Assembly (NCBI GenBank): GCA_040380225.1
Contig: JBEIJN010000008.1
Span: 5,183 to 69,182 of the forward strand
Reading direction: 5' to 3'
Length of the DNA stretch: 64,000 nucleotides
From: Verrucomicrobiia bacterium
Lineage (GTDB): Bacteria > Verrucomicrobiota > Verrucomicrobiia > Chthoniobacterales > UBA6821
In this document: piece by piece, positions 47,609-57,258 of the stretch
How positions within the stretch are numbered: position 1 is the stretch's first letter
How the letters are laid out: the number at the start of each line of letters is the position of its first letter
The notes under the pieces: model-generated
What the model was told of the DNA's origin: nothing
Database searches by the model: none
The model's input: the letters and a program-made list of their open reading frames with translations, nothing else
Made by a program: the position numbers and the translations under genes

Positions 47609-48508
47609 TTACCGCGTCATCGCCGGTCGCTGTCGACGCGGGAGAGGAGACTCCGAATGATGCTTGGCTCCCTGGGCTTTCCTCAGATTGACACTTCTCA
47701 GGGCCGGACTGGAGAGGCGATCCGTGAGAACACTTCCTTTGATTTCCGCCAGCAACTCATCGACGCCGGACATGACACAGGTCGGTTGATAGACATAATC
47801 ACCGATGTCCTCGATGCCCGTTGATCCGGTGAGGACTAGACAAGCCTGGATGCCGATCTCGATCGCGCCTCGAATGTCGGTCTCCATCGTGTCACCCACC
47901 ATCATCACCTCGTGGGTCTGGCGGTGCAGAAGCCTGCGTGCACGGAAAAACATGTAGGGGTTCGGCTTTCCAAGGTAGTAGGCCCTACGCCCGGTACTCG
48001 CCTCCAGATAGGCAGCCAGAGCGCCTGCTCCCGGCCGGGTGACATCGCTTTTCACGGGACACCAGTAGTCGGGGTTGGTCGCGATGAGACGGGCTCCCCT
48101 CTCGATGAATTCGTGCGCCTTGCCGATCTTCTCGATGGTCGGCGTCCCCTCTCCGACAATCACGTAACTCGGGGACAGCGAATCATTCGGTATTCTTGCT
48201 TCCTGGAGTGCTGCATTCAACCCGGCATCCCCAAGCACGAACGCAGTGCATTTCGGATGCATCTCGGCCAGAAAATCGGCGGTATTCATCGCTGAGGTGT
48301 AGAAGTGTCTGGCGTTTAACCCGCCGATGCCGAGACGTTCCAACTTCACGACCAGATCATCCGGGGTCGGAACCGAATTATTGGTCAGGAAGAGGAATGG
48401 TGCTGCCGACTCAACCAGGTAAGCAATCAGTTCTCCCGCGCCGGGCAGGAGATGGTTCTCCCGGTAAATCACCCCGTCCATATCCAGCAGATAGCCTCGT
48501 TGATTCAT
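47609..48508 (-). CDS. HAD-IIA family phosphatase (NagD-like)
   Basis: YLLDMDGVIY (DxDG nucleophile motif), LFLTNNS and a C-terminal GDTMETDI. Confidence 0.8.
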   Translation of the reverse strand: MNQRGYLLDMDGVIYRENHLLPGAGELIAYLVESAAPFLFLTNNSVPTPDDLVVKLERLGIGGLNARHFYTSAMNTADFLAEMHPKCTAFVLGDAGLNAALQEARIPNDSLSPSYVIVGEGTPTIEKIGKAHEFIERGARLIATNPDYWCPVKSDVTRPGAGALAAYLEASTGRRAYYLGKPNPYMFFRARRLLHRQTHEVMMVGDTMETDIRGAIEIGIQACLVLTGSTGIEDIGDYVYQPTCVMSGVDELLAEIKGSVLTDRLSSPALRSVNLRKAQGAKHHSESPLPRRQRPAMTR

Positions 48509-48722
48509 TTCTGTACCGTCCTGGGGAGGGGTTCGGTGTTTCCAATAACCAAGCACTTCCCATGCCAAAGGGTAAAAGCTTCCATATTCCCCATTCGGAG
48601 ATGATCAATTGATACTGAAGTCGAGCTATTGAAAGTGGGGCGAAGCACCCGGGAAAGCTCAAGTAGTGGCGGATCCTCGATCGCTCCCGCTCGCATCCGT
48701 GGATGCGGGGGACAATCCGGAT

Positions 48723-49023
48723 AAGTGCGTTTTCGGTTTTATTGGACGCATTTACAAGGCAAGAAATCTCGCGCAGAGACGCAGAGTATTTATGAATAAT
48801 GGCAATGCGTCTTTAGTAACATCTCCCTTGAAAGGAGTCGTCAGACCTCATTGTGAATCGGTCAAGTGATTCTCCGATTTGATAGGAGTAACGCTGACTG
48901 TCTTCTCCGGACCCGATCCTTTGTCTTTTCCTCCGCGCCTCTGCGTCTCTGCGCGAGTCCTTTTATTTATCGACGGTCAAGATGATCGACCAAGGAACGA
49001 CAGATTAACTAGATGATGCTCTA
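48723..49023 (-). repeat. family-1 intergenic repeat element, copy B (inverted relative to copy A)
   Basis: Its reverse complement aligns with 1041..1381. It contains perfect 19-bp inverted repeats CTCGCGCAGAGACGCAGAG (48768..48786) and CTCTGCGTCTCTGCGCGAG (48939..48957), 152 bp apart. Confidence 0.85.
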
Positions 49024-49212
49024 GCGTGGTGCTTTCCGCGTTAGCAATCACATCAAATGATCAACCGTGGGAAACTGCGAAGTGCATTTTCCGTTCAATC
49101 AGCCGTTCCTTAGGCTGAAGTCTTTTAGACTATTAGGTCAGAAAGATCATAAGCGATCTTCAAACTATTCCCTCTCCGCGCCTCTGCGCCTCTGCGTGAG
49201 ATTTCTTTCATT

Positions 49213-50355
49213 TTATTCCACCGCGTTGTGCACGCGGTATCCCGAGACAAATTCCTTCCGGAATTCGGCGAAGGATCCGTCAAGGATCGATGAGCGGATC
49301 TTCCGCATCAGCCCGAGATAGAAGTGGAGATTGTGCAAGGTGATGAGGCGGAGACCCAGGATCTCCTCGGCCTTCACGAGGTGGCGCAGGTAGGCCCGGG
49401 AGAAGGTGGAGCAGGCAGGACAGGAGCACCCCTCCTCGATCGGCAGAGGATCACGCGCGAAGGGTGCGTTCTTGAGATTGACGGTTCCCTTGGCCGTGAA
49501 GGCCGTTCCATTCCGGGCGATCCGGGTTGGAAGCACGCAGTCGAACATGTCGATGCCACGGGCCACCATCTCGACCAACTGCGGAGGAGTGCCCAGTCCC
49601 ATCGCGTAGCGCGGCGCGCTCTCGGGCAGGAAAGGGACACTCGACTCGACGGCCTTCATCATCTCGGGCTCCGGCTCACCGACACTCACCCCTCCGACCG
49701 CATACCCGTCGAAACCGATCTCGACGAGCGATCGGGCGGAACGCTCGCGAAGGTCGGCATGGGAACTTCCCTGCACGATACCAAAGAGCAGGGGGCGCCC
49801 CTCCTCCGGTTGGGTACGCCACCATTCGCGCGAGCGGCGCTCCCAGCGAGTCGTCAACTCGAGGCTCTTCGCCGCATCGTCGTAGGAACAGGGAAACGGG
49901 GGACACTCGTCGAAGGCCATGACCACATCGCTGCCGAGATCGCGCTGGATCTGCATCGATGTCTCCGGCCCGATGAAGGTGGGCGTGCCGTCGAGATGGT
50001 TCTGGAAGTGGACCCCCTCCTCGGTGATGCGACGGAGCTTCGAGAGTGAGAAGACCTGGAACCCGCCGCTGTCGGTCAGGATGGCCCTGTCCCATCCCAT
50101 GAAGCTGTGCAGTCCGCCCAGTTCCGAGATCACCTTTTCACCCGGACGCACATGGAGATGGTAAGTGTTTCCCAGGATGATCTTTGCCCCCATGGCTCGA
50201 AGCTCGTCAGGTGAGACCGCCTTGACGGTCGCCTGCGTGCCCACCGGCATGAAAACCGGCGTCTCCACGTCACCGCGGCGGGTGTGGAGGATGCCGGCAC
50301 GGGCCTTGCTCGAGGGATCGGTGTGAAGGAGAGTGAAGGGTGATAAAGAACTCAC
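49213..50355 (-). CDS. tgt: tRNA-guanine transglycosylase (queuine tRNA-ribosyltransferase)
   Basis: ETPVFMPVGTQATVK, LTDSGGFQV and zinc-site cysteines CSCPAC...H. GTG start. Confidence 0.92.
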   Translation of the reverse strand: MSSLSPFTLLHTDPSSKARAGILHTRRGDVETPVFMPVGTQATVKAVSPDELRAMGAKIILGNTYHLHVRPGEKVISELGGLHSFMGWDRAILTDSGGFQVFSLSKLRRITEEGVHFQNHLDGTPTFIGPETSMQIQRDLGSDVVMAFDECPPFPCSYDDAAKSLELTTRWERRSREWWRTQPEEGRPLLFGIVQGSSHADLRERSARSLVEIGFDGYAVGGVSVGEPEPEMMKAVESSVPFLPESAPRYAMGLGTPPQLVEMVARGIDMFDCVLPTRIARNGTAFTAKGTVNLKNAPFARDPLPIEEGCSCPACSTFSRAYLRHLVKAEEILGLRLITLHNLHFYLGLMRKIRSSILDGSFAEFRKEFVSGYRVHNAVE

Positions 50356-50545
50356 AGGATCAAAGGGAAGCTGAAGCGAGGGTATTAGGCTGAAGGAGGA
50401 TAGGATCTGGGAGCCGGGGCCGGGAGCTGGAAGTTGGGCGAGAGCGCATCATCCATCCCTTTCATCCCCTTGGCTAGCCCAGCTGTTACTTCCTTCAGTT
50501 CCAGTTTTCCTGATTTCTTGATTTCCTGATTAAAAAATCTGCCTC

Positions 50546-51835
50546 TTAGTTCCTAAACCCGTTTTCCAAATCCCAGACGATCTTGCCGCCGACGATCGTC
50601 GCGAGGGCCCGGCCGCGGAGCGGAAATCCATGGAACGGGCTGTTCCTCGAGAGCGACGGGGAGTCGTTCTTGTCGTAGGTCCAGGAGTGATCGGGATCGA
50701 GGATGGTGATGTCGGCGACCGCACCGGTCGACAGGGTGCCCCGGTCGAGGCGCAGGAGCTTCGCCGGATTGATGGTCAGCATTTCGATGATCCGGGGAAG
50801 CGTCACGGCCTTGCGCTGATGCAGGAGGATCTCGAGGAAGACCGGAAGCTCCGTCTCGAGCCCAAGCATGCCGAAGGGAGCTCGGTCGAGTTCCACTTCC
50901 TTCTCGTAGGGGGCGTGGGGTGCATGGTCGCTGGCCAGGATCGTGATGGTGCCGTCGGCGATGCCGGCGATGATCTCGTCGATGTCGGCAGGGGTCCTCA
51001 GAGGGGGATTCACCTTGAAGTTGGTGTCGAAAGTCTTGAGCCCCTCGTCGGTCAGGGAGATGTGATGAGGGCAGACCTCGGCGGTGATTGGCACTCCTCG
51101 GCGGCGGGCATCGCGCAGCAGGCGGATGCTGCGCGCGGAGCTGATGTGCTGGCAGTGGATGGGATGACCGGTCTCCTCGGCGAGCAGGATGTTACGCGCG
51201 ACGATGAGATCCTCGGCAAGAGCGGGCCAACCTGGCAGGCCGAGGCGGGTGCTCCACTCCCCCTCGTTCATGACCCCGTCCGCACTCAGGGTCGCCTCCT
51301 GGCAATGATCCATGACAGGGAGGCCGAACTGGCGGGCATATTCGACCGCACGGCGCATCACGCCGTGATTCTGGACGCAACGACCATCGTCAGTGAGGGC
51401 CACGACGCCGGCATTGGCCAGAGCACCGATCGGCGCCATCTCCTCCCCCGCGAGCCCGCGGGTGATGGCCCCGGTGCAGTAGACATTGACGATGGCCGTG
51501 GAGGCCGCCCTCTCCTGAATCCAGGCGATCGTGGCGGGACTATCGGCCACGGGCGAGGTGTTGGGCATGCAGACGACGGTGGTGAAGCCCCCCGCCGCGG
51601 CACAGCGTGAGCCGCTCGCGATGGTCTCCTTGTGCGACTGTCCCGGTTCACGAAAGTGGACATGGATGTCGATCAGGCCGGGGGTCACCACCTTTCCCGT
51701 GGCGTCGATCTCGACGGCACCGGAAGGTTTGCGGTCAACGATGATCCCGTTCTCGACAAAGAGATCGCGGATCCCGTCTCCCCCGTTGGCCGGGTCGATC
51801 ACCCGCCCTCCCTTGATGTGAAGCGATTCGGTCAT
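50546..51835 (-). CDS. pyrC: dihydroorotase
   Basis: [13 protein letters not shown] metal-binding HxH motif and the amidohydrolase fold. ATGA overlap with the pyrB stop. Confidence 0.9.
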   Translation of the reverse strand: MTESLHIKGGRVIDPANGGDGIRDLFVENGIIVDRKPSGAVEIDATGKVVTPGLIDIHVHFREPGQSHKETIASGSRCAAAGGFTTVVCMPNTSPVADSPATIAWIQERAASTAIVNVYCTGAITRGLAGEEMAPIGALANAGVVALTDDGRCVQNHGVMRRAVEYARQFGLPVMDHCQEATLSADGVMNEGEWSTRLGLPGWPALAEDLIVARNILLAEETGHPIHCQHISSARSIRLLRDARRRGVPITAEVCPHHISLTDEGLKTFDTNFKVNPPLRTPADIDEIIAGIADGTITILASDHAPHAPYEKEVELDRAPFGMLGLETELPVFLEILLHQRKAVTLPRIIEMLTINPAKLLRLDRGTLSTGAVADITILDPDHSWTYDKNDSPSLSRNSPFHGFPLRGRALATIVGGKIVWDLENGFRN

Positions 51836-52803
51836 GGTGTGTCGGTGTTGGGTTCGATCCTGGCAAATGGTGCTCCTCCGGAGCAGAGGTAGAGGACGGC
51901 CATTCTGACGGCGAGGCCGTTGGTGACTTGGTCAAGGATCACGCTGCCGGGGCCGTCGGCCACATCGCTGTCGATCTCGACGCCGCGGTTCATTGGTCCG
52001 GGATGCATGATCAGGCATCCCTCGCGGAGACGACCGGCACGCTTCTTGGTGAGGCCAAAGCGGGCGGTGTACTCCCCCACCCCTGGAAAATATTCCTTCC
52101 TCTGACGCTCGTGCTGGATGCGGAGAAGGTTGATGACGTCCGAACTCTCCAGCACCTCGTCGATACTGTGGGCGATCCCGACGCCGAGCGCGGAGAAGGT
52201 GGATGGAACAAGGGTCGGCGGGCCGACCAAGGTGACCTTGGCACCGAGCTTGGTGAGAAGCTGGATGTTGGAGCGGGCCACCCTGCTGAAGAGGATGTCC
52301 CCGACGATGGCGACACGGACTCCCTCGATGCGTCCGAGCTTCTCACGGATGGTGAAGGCGTCGAGGAGTCCCTGGGTCGGGTGCTCGTGGGCGCCGTCAC
52401 CGGCATTGATCACCGAGGCACCGAGCCTGTCGGCAAGGAAACGCGCGCTTCCGGCGGACTTGTGCCTGATGACGATGAGGTCGGCGCGCAGGGCCTCGAG
52501 GTTGCGGGCGGTGTCGAGAAGTGTCTCCCCTTTCTCGAGACTGGAGGCGGAGGCTGATATGTTGACCACGTCGGCGCTGAGGCGCATCGCCGCCAACTCG
52601 AAGGAGATCCTCGTGCGGGTGCTCGGCTCGACGAAGAAGTTCACCAGCGTCTTGCCGCGGAGCGCAGGGACTTTCTTGAGATTCCTCTCCCCCACCCCCT
52701 TGAAGGCCGTGGCCGTGTCGAGAATGGTCTGGAGCTCCCCGGCCGTATGGTCGGCAAGGGCGCAGAGATCCTTGTGCTTCCAGGAATGCGGTGTCGTGGT
52801 CAT
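51832..52803 (-). CDS. pyrB: aspartate carbamoyltransferase catalytic subunit
   Basis: [22 protein letters not shown] and [11 protein letters not shown]. Confidence 0.92.
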   Translation of the reverse strand: MTTTPHSWKHKDLCALADHTAGELQTILDTATAFKGVGERNLKKVPALRGKTLVNFFVEPSTRTRISFELAAMRLSADVVNISASASSLEKGETLLDTARNLEALRADLIVIRHKSAGSARFLADRLGASVINAGDGAHEHPTQGLLDAFTIREKLGRIEGVRVAIVGDILFSRVARSNIQLLTKLGAKVTLVGPPTLVPSTFSALGVGIAHSIDEVLESSDVINLLRIQHERQRKEYFPGVGEYTARFGLTKKRAGRLREGCLIMHPGPMNRGVEIDSDVADGPGSVILDQVTNGLAVRMAVLYLCSGGAPFARIEPNTDTP

Positions 52804-53402
52804 GCAGAGGGCTGTGTGGCGGAGAGGAGCGTGACGGAGTCGGGAACGCCATCCGTCTCCTCGAACCGGACCCTGATGCGGTCATCGAAGGCGGTCGGGA
52901 CGTTCTTGCCGACGAAATCGGCGCGGATCGGAAGTTCGCGGTGGCCCCTGTCGACCAAGGCGGCGAGCTGGATCCGGGAGGGCCTGCCGAACGAGGCAAC
53001 GGCATCCATCGCGGCCCTGCAGCTGCGCCCCGTGAAGAGGACATCGTCGATGAGGACGAGCGGACGGCCATCGAGATCAAGGGGAAGCTCGGTGAGTTCC
53101 AGCACGCTCACGCGGGGGCGCGTGGCCAGGTCATCGCGGTGCATGGAAACATCGACCACACCGAGAGCGGGGGCTATTCCCTCGATCTCGGTGATATGGG
53201 CCGCAATCCGGCGCGCAACGATCTTGCCGCGCGTGGGGATCCCGGCGATGACGAGACGCTTGAGATCGTGATTCTGCTCGACGATCTCGTGGGCGATGCG
53301 ACGGATCGCCTTGCGGATCGCATCGGCGTCCATCACAAGGACACCTTCGCCGGCACCTGATTGCGCCGAGCCCTGTTTTCCAGTTGAGGTGGGTTTGTTC
53401 AT
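52800..53402 (-). CDS. pyrR: bifunctional pyr operon regulator / uracil phosphoribosyltransferase PyrR
   Basis: PRT motif [13 protein letters not shown] and N-terminal [13 protein letters not shown]. First gene of pyrR-pyrB-pyrC. Confidence 0.88.
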   Translation of the reverse strand: MNKPTSTGKQGSAQSGAGEGVLVMDADAIRKAIRRIAHEIVEQNHDLKRLVIAGIPTRGKIVARRIAAHITEIEGIAPALGVVDVSMHRDDLATRPRVSVLELTELPLDLDGRPLVLIDDVLFTGRSCRAAMDAVASFGRPSRIQLAALVDRGHRELPIRADFVGKNVPTAFDDRIRVRFEETDGVPDSVTLLSATQPSA

Positions 53403-53451
53403 GGTTCCTTGGGGGTCTCGCGGGACCTCCTTAAAGGAATGGAATGATGAA

Positions 53452-53676
53452 TCAGTTCAACATTCCCTTGGCTGCGGCCCGGGCCTGTCGCCACGGGGTG
53501 CGGTGCTTGAGCATCCAGTCGAGCAGGGCGCGCTCGAAACCGATATCGCGGCCAAGCTTCTCGCTCTCAATCCACTTGTGACGCAAAATCTCGTCCCTTT
53601 CCGCCAAGAACTCCCTGTAGAGAGTGGAGTTCTTCAGAAGATCACTCGGTTCCACTGGTGCGTGGGTACGCGTCAT
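53452..53676 (-). CDS. small conserved-looking protein with HKWIESEKLGRDIGFERALLDW motif
   Basis: 75-aa ORF from the ATG at 53676, 50 nt upstream of pyrR. The motif resembles one I associate with DUF4032-type proteins, from memory only. Confidence 0.4.
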   Translation of the reverse strand: MTRTHAPVEPSDLLKNSTLYREFLAERDEILRHKWIESEKLGRDIGFERALLDWMLKHRTPWRQARAAAKGMLN

Positions 53677-53791
53677 TGATTTACTGATAACCGGACAGAT
53701 CCCCGGAGTCAATCCCTGAAGGAGTCGAGGTGTAGATCCTAACAGTCTTCAGTCTTCAGACTAAAAGCCTCTGCCCCTTCCCCCTTCCCCC

Positions 53792-55591
53792 TCACTCCAT
53801 CTTCGTTCTGACACATCCCTGATAGGTGAGCAGGATGCCTGCTACGATATGGATCGAGAGCATCCAGAGACAGGGCGAAGAGGCCGACAGACCCGTCTGG
53901 ATCACCATGACGACAATGTCGTAGTAGCGTTCCCCGCGCAGCGACTGAAGGATCCCCGACCAGCTCCAGTAGGCGGCGATGAAGGGGCGGGCAAGCGGAC
54001 CAAGCCAGGCCGGCAATGCAAGGACTGCTCCGGAGAGAGGAAGCTGAAAACCCACCAAATAGATGGACGCCAGAGAGGCCTGCTCGGCGCTTGCCATGAA
54101 GCTGGAGATCGCCAGACAGATGGAAGTCATGGCTGCATTCACCAGAAAGAGGAAGAGAAGCTGTGAGGCAAGCTCCCCCGGAAAGGCACAGGTATGATGG
54201 ACGAAAAGCCCCATCCAGAGGGACTGGATGGCCGAGAGGATCCCCAAAAAGAGAATCTTGCTCGCAACGTAGGCCCCGGGATGCAGTCCCGAGAGTTTCT
54301 CCTTCTCGAAGATCTGCCTCTCCGCGGCGATCTCGCGACCGGCGTTGTTGGCCCCCATGAGCGTCAGAAGAACCACCTCGAACATCACAATCCCTGAAAC
54401 AAGGCTCCCCACCTTACTCGCCTGGATCAGGAAGTCGCGTGCCTCCGTCAACTGCTGGATCACATTGAGATCGAGGCCCATGCCGAGATTCCGGATCTGA
54501 GGGAGACCGTTCCACCCGAAAATCGCAACCAGGCAGGGAAAGCCGAAGACCAGACCTGCCTGCAACCAAAGCTGGGCTTTGCTCCTCAGAAAAATCGTGA
54601 AACGGCGTCCCGTAAGAGTTGCAAACTGGGAGATGAATCCGGGTGTTGATTCTTTCCCGGCGTCCGACGCGCCCGAGGCGGCTTCAGGGATTTTGCCACC
54701 GCATTCTTTGCAGAAGCGCACCCCCTTCCCAAAGGGTGTGCGGCACTCGGGACACAGGGAGAGAGTGGAACCCGGGGCGGTCGTTCCCTCCTCCGGAGCG
54801 GCGCCGGGAAGAAATGCCGCCGAATGTTTTTTCCAAGAGGCCTGCCACCCCTCCGCATCGCGGCTGTCCAACTGGCCGTAGACGAGATCGGGACCATCGA
54901 CCCGGAAATAATGGGCGAGGTGCTTGGGACCCCCGGCGTAGGCCAACACCCCCTTGTAGAGAACCACCACGGCGTCGTAGTCGTTGAGATTCTTGAGACT
55001 GTGGGTCACCGAGATAACCAGCCTGTTTCCCTCCCGGGCTACCTTGCGCAGCAACGAGACGATCTCTTCCTCCGACTGCGGATCAAGCCCGCTGGTCACT
55101 TCGTCGCAGAGCAGGATCGGGGGACTGCTGACGAGTTCCATGGCAAGGGCCAGGCGACGCTTCTGGCCTCCCGAGAGCACCTTGACCGTACGGTCGCCAA
55201 ACTCTTCTAGACCCACTTCGCCGAGAAGACGGGCCACCATCGCCTGTCTCTCCGCGGAGGAGATCCCGGCGACGCGGAGCCTCGACGAGTAGTCGACGCA
55301 CTCCTCCACCGTAAGCTCCTCGTGGGCGATGCTGAACTGGGGGACATAGCCGAATTCGGAGGGCTTGAAATCCTCCTCGCCGAGATCCCTCCCGTCCCAC
55401 CGGATGGTTCCCTCCTCCTGACCCGATGCGATACCCGCAATCATCTTGAGCAGGGTGCTTTTGCCGCAACCGGAGGGACCGATCACCGCGACGAATTCAC
55501 CGCGCCGGAAGGAAGCGGAAACATCGGAGAGGAGCCGGGGCGCGTCGTCTTCGGAGCCGAGGCGGAGCGTGAGTTGATCCAGGGAGAGCAT
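53792..55591 (-). CDS. fused ABC ATPase - zinc ribbon - ABC-2 type permease (ABCG-like half transporter)
   Basis: Walker A GPSGCGKST, LSGGQKRRLALA and LLCDEVTSGLD. The linker carries CPECRTPFGKGVRFCKECGGKIP (about 54700..54755). Six hydrophobic segments follow. Confidence 0.8.
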   Translation of the reverse strand: MLSLDQLTLRLGSEDDAPRLLSDVSASFRRGEFVAVIGPSGCGKSTLLKMIAGIASGQEEGTIRWDGRDLGEEDFKPSEFGYVPQFSIAHEELTVEECVDYSSRLRVAGISSAERQAMVARLLGEVGLEEFGDRTVKVLSGGQKRRLALAMELVSSPPILLCDEVTSGLDPQSEEEIVSLLRKVAREGNRLVISVTHSLKNLNDYDAVVVLYKGVLAYAGGPKHLAHYFRVDGPDLVYGQLDSRDAEGWQASWKKHSAAFLPGAAPEEGTTAPGSTLSLCPECRTPFGKGVRFCKECGGKIPEAASGASDAGKESTPGFISQFATLTGRRFTIFLRSKAQLWLQAGLVFGFPCLVAIFGWNGLPQIRNLGMGLDLNVIQQLTEARDFLIQASKVGSLVSGIVMFEVVLLTLMGANNAGREIAAERQIFEKEKLSGLHPGAYVASKILFLGILSAIQSLWMGLFVHHTCAFPGELASQLLFLFLVNAAMTSICLAISSFMASAEQASLASIYLVGFQLPLSGAVLALPAWLGPLARPFIAAYWSWSGILQSLRGERYYDIVVMVIQTGLSASSPCLWMLSIHIVAGILLTYQGCVRTKME

Positions 55592-55692
55592 CGGGAGGGA
55601 AGTGTGGCCCCCCGGAACGGAGGAGACAAGAATCGTTCGTTCGACGCATCAAGGTTTGCTCCTCCCGGCCCGCATCCCTTAAAATACGAGGA

Positions 55693-56523
55693 ATGAGAAT
55701 CGCGATCCTTGGAGGAGGAAGAATGGGCGGCGCCCTGATCAGGGGAATGCTTGCCTCCGGCATGACGGAAGCCGATCAAATCACCCTCTCCGCCTCGACA
55801 CCCGAGTCAGCGGCAAGGTCGGCATCGGCCCTCGGGGTCGCCGCCGCCGATTCGAACGCCGTAGCACTGAAGGATGCCGATGTGGTTTTTCTCTGTGTGA
55901 AGCCAGCCAAGGTTCTCGATGTGGTCTCCTCCGTCGCCACCGAACTGGAGGGAAAGCTCGTGATCTCAATCGTGGCCGGCATCCACTCCTTCGACATCAT
56001 CCGGGCCGCCGGTAGCAGGATCAGGCTGATCCGATCCATGCCCAACACGGCCGTCCGCCTTCGCAAAGGTGTCACTGCCATTGCACCCGATACCACCTCG
56101 ACCCCCGCAGATCTTGAAACAGCCTCCCGGATTTTCGCCTCGGTCGGATCGGTCGTGGAGGTGAAGGAATCGGATCTCGACACAGTCACCGCCGTCAGCG
56201 GCAGCGGCCCCGCCTTTGCCCTGCTCATGCTGGAAGCCCTGGCCCAGGGAGGGGTGGAAGGGGGCCTCGATCCGGAACTCTCGAAGATCCTGGCCACCGG
56301 AGCCCTTGCCTCCGCGGCCGCCCTTGTGGCGGAGACGGGCGAGACCCCTCTGGCACTTCGTTCCGAGATCACCAGCCCCGGGGGGACAACCGCCGCCGGG
56401 CTCGGAGTTCTGGATGAATCGAATTTCCCCGGGATCGTCCGCGGCGCTGTCCGTGCCGCGCGCAACCGCTCCGCAGAACTCTCCGCACGCCCGGGTTCCT
56501 CCGCCAGCAACACCGGGGCATGA
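55693..56523 (+). CDS. proC: pyrroline-5-carboxylate reductase
   Basis: MRIAILGGGRMGGAL Rossmann start and C-terminal SPGGTTAAGL. Confidence 0.9.
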   Translation: MRIAILGGGRMGGALIRGMLASGMTEADQITLSASTPESAARSASALGVAAADSNAVALKDADVVFLCVKPAKVLDVVSSVATELEGKLVISIVAGIHSFDIIRAAGSRIRLIRSMPNTAVRLRKGVTAIAPDTTSTPADLETASRIFASVGSVVEVKESDLDTVTAVSGSGPAFALLMLEALAQGGVEGGLDPELSKILATGALASAAALVAETGETPLALRSEITSPGGTTAAGLGVLDESNFPGIVRGAVRAARNRSAELSARPGSSASNTGA

Positions 56524-57221
56524 GATCACGGCACGGTGCATTGCTCCTGCTGGCTGTCGCCTGGTTCACCTGCCTGGAGCAACTGGAGGCGGCATCGGAT
56601 AGCCAAACCGCAACGCCCCCCGGGGAGAAGAGCTTGGTTTCTCGTGCCGAGAGGGCTTTCTCGGCCGGGAACCTCAAGGAAGCGGAGGCACTTTACGCGA
56701 AGGCCTCGGCGACGACACCCGATTCCGTTCCACTCCTGGTAAGCCTAGCCGCGGTCAAGACACGGCTCGGCAAGACGGAGGAATCCCGCACCCTCCTGCG
56801 GCGAGCCCTCTCGCACGACCTTGGGAACGGCGCCGCATGGCTCCTGCTGGGAATGAACGCCCTCGAACTGAACAACGACACCGAGGCGGTCGCCGACCTG
56901 ATGCAGGCCATCTGCCACGACGGAAAGAATCCCCGGGCCCACAACTATCTCGGAATCGCGGCCGGCCGGAGAGGATGGAGCGAGGTCTCGGAGCAGGAAC
57001 TGCGGCGTGCCGTGGAACTCAACTCCGACTACGCCGACGCGAACTTCAACCTTGCCGTCTTCTACATCGGCCGGACCCCTCCCCTCATCGAACAGGCGCG
57101 CCGCCACTATCAGCGCGCCCTTGATCTGGGAGCCACCCGCGATGCGGCGCTGGAGGCAAGGATTGCCAAATCGATTGCCAACCCCTCCTCCGCTCCTGCA
57201 CCATCCGCGGCCATTCCCTGA
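56520..57221 (+). CDS. secreted TPR-repeat protein
   Basis: Signal-like N-terminus and several 34-aa TPR units (AEALYAKA..., AWLLLGMNALE..., AHNYLGIAAGR..., ANFNLAVFY...). ATGA overlap with proC. Confidence 0.6.
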   Translation: MRSRHGALLLLAVAWFTCLEQLEAASDSQTATPPGEKSLVSRAERAFSAGNLKEAEALYAKASATTPDSVPLLVSLAAVKTRLGKTEESRTLLRRALSHDLGNGAAWLLLGMNALELNNDTEAVADLMQAICHDGKNPRAHNYLGIAAGRRGWSEVSEQELRRAVELNSDYADANFNLAVFYIGRTPPLIEQARRHYQRALDLGATRDAALEARIAKSIANPSSAPAPSAAIP

Positions 57222-57258
57222 AAAGCCCGCACCCCCGACGATTCATCCGACGATCCCC

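Noticed and set aside
53412-53432. PyrR-binding attenuator hairpin upstream of pyrR (minus strand GGAGGUCCCGCGAGACC)
   Set aside because: It matches the PyrR binding-loop consensus as I remember it (UCCAGAGAGG) at only about 7 of 10 positions. The hairpin is short. This is not enough to call.
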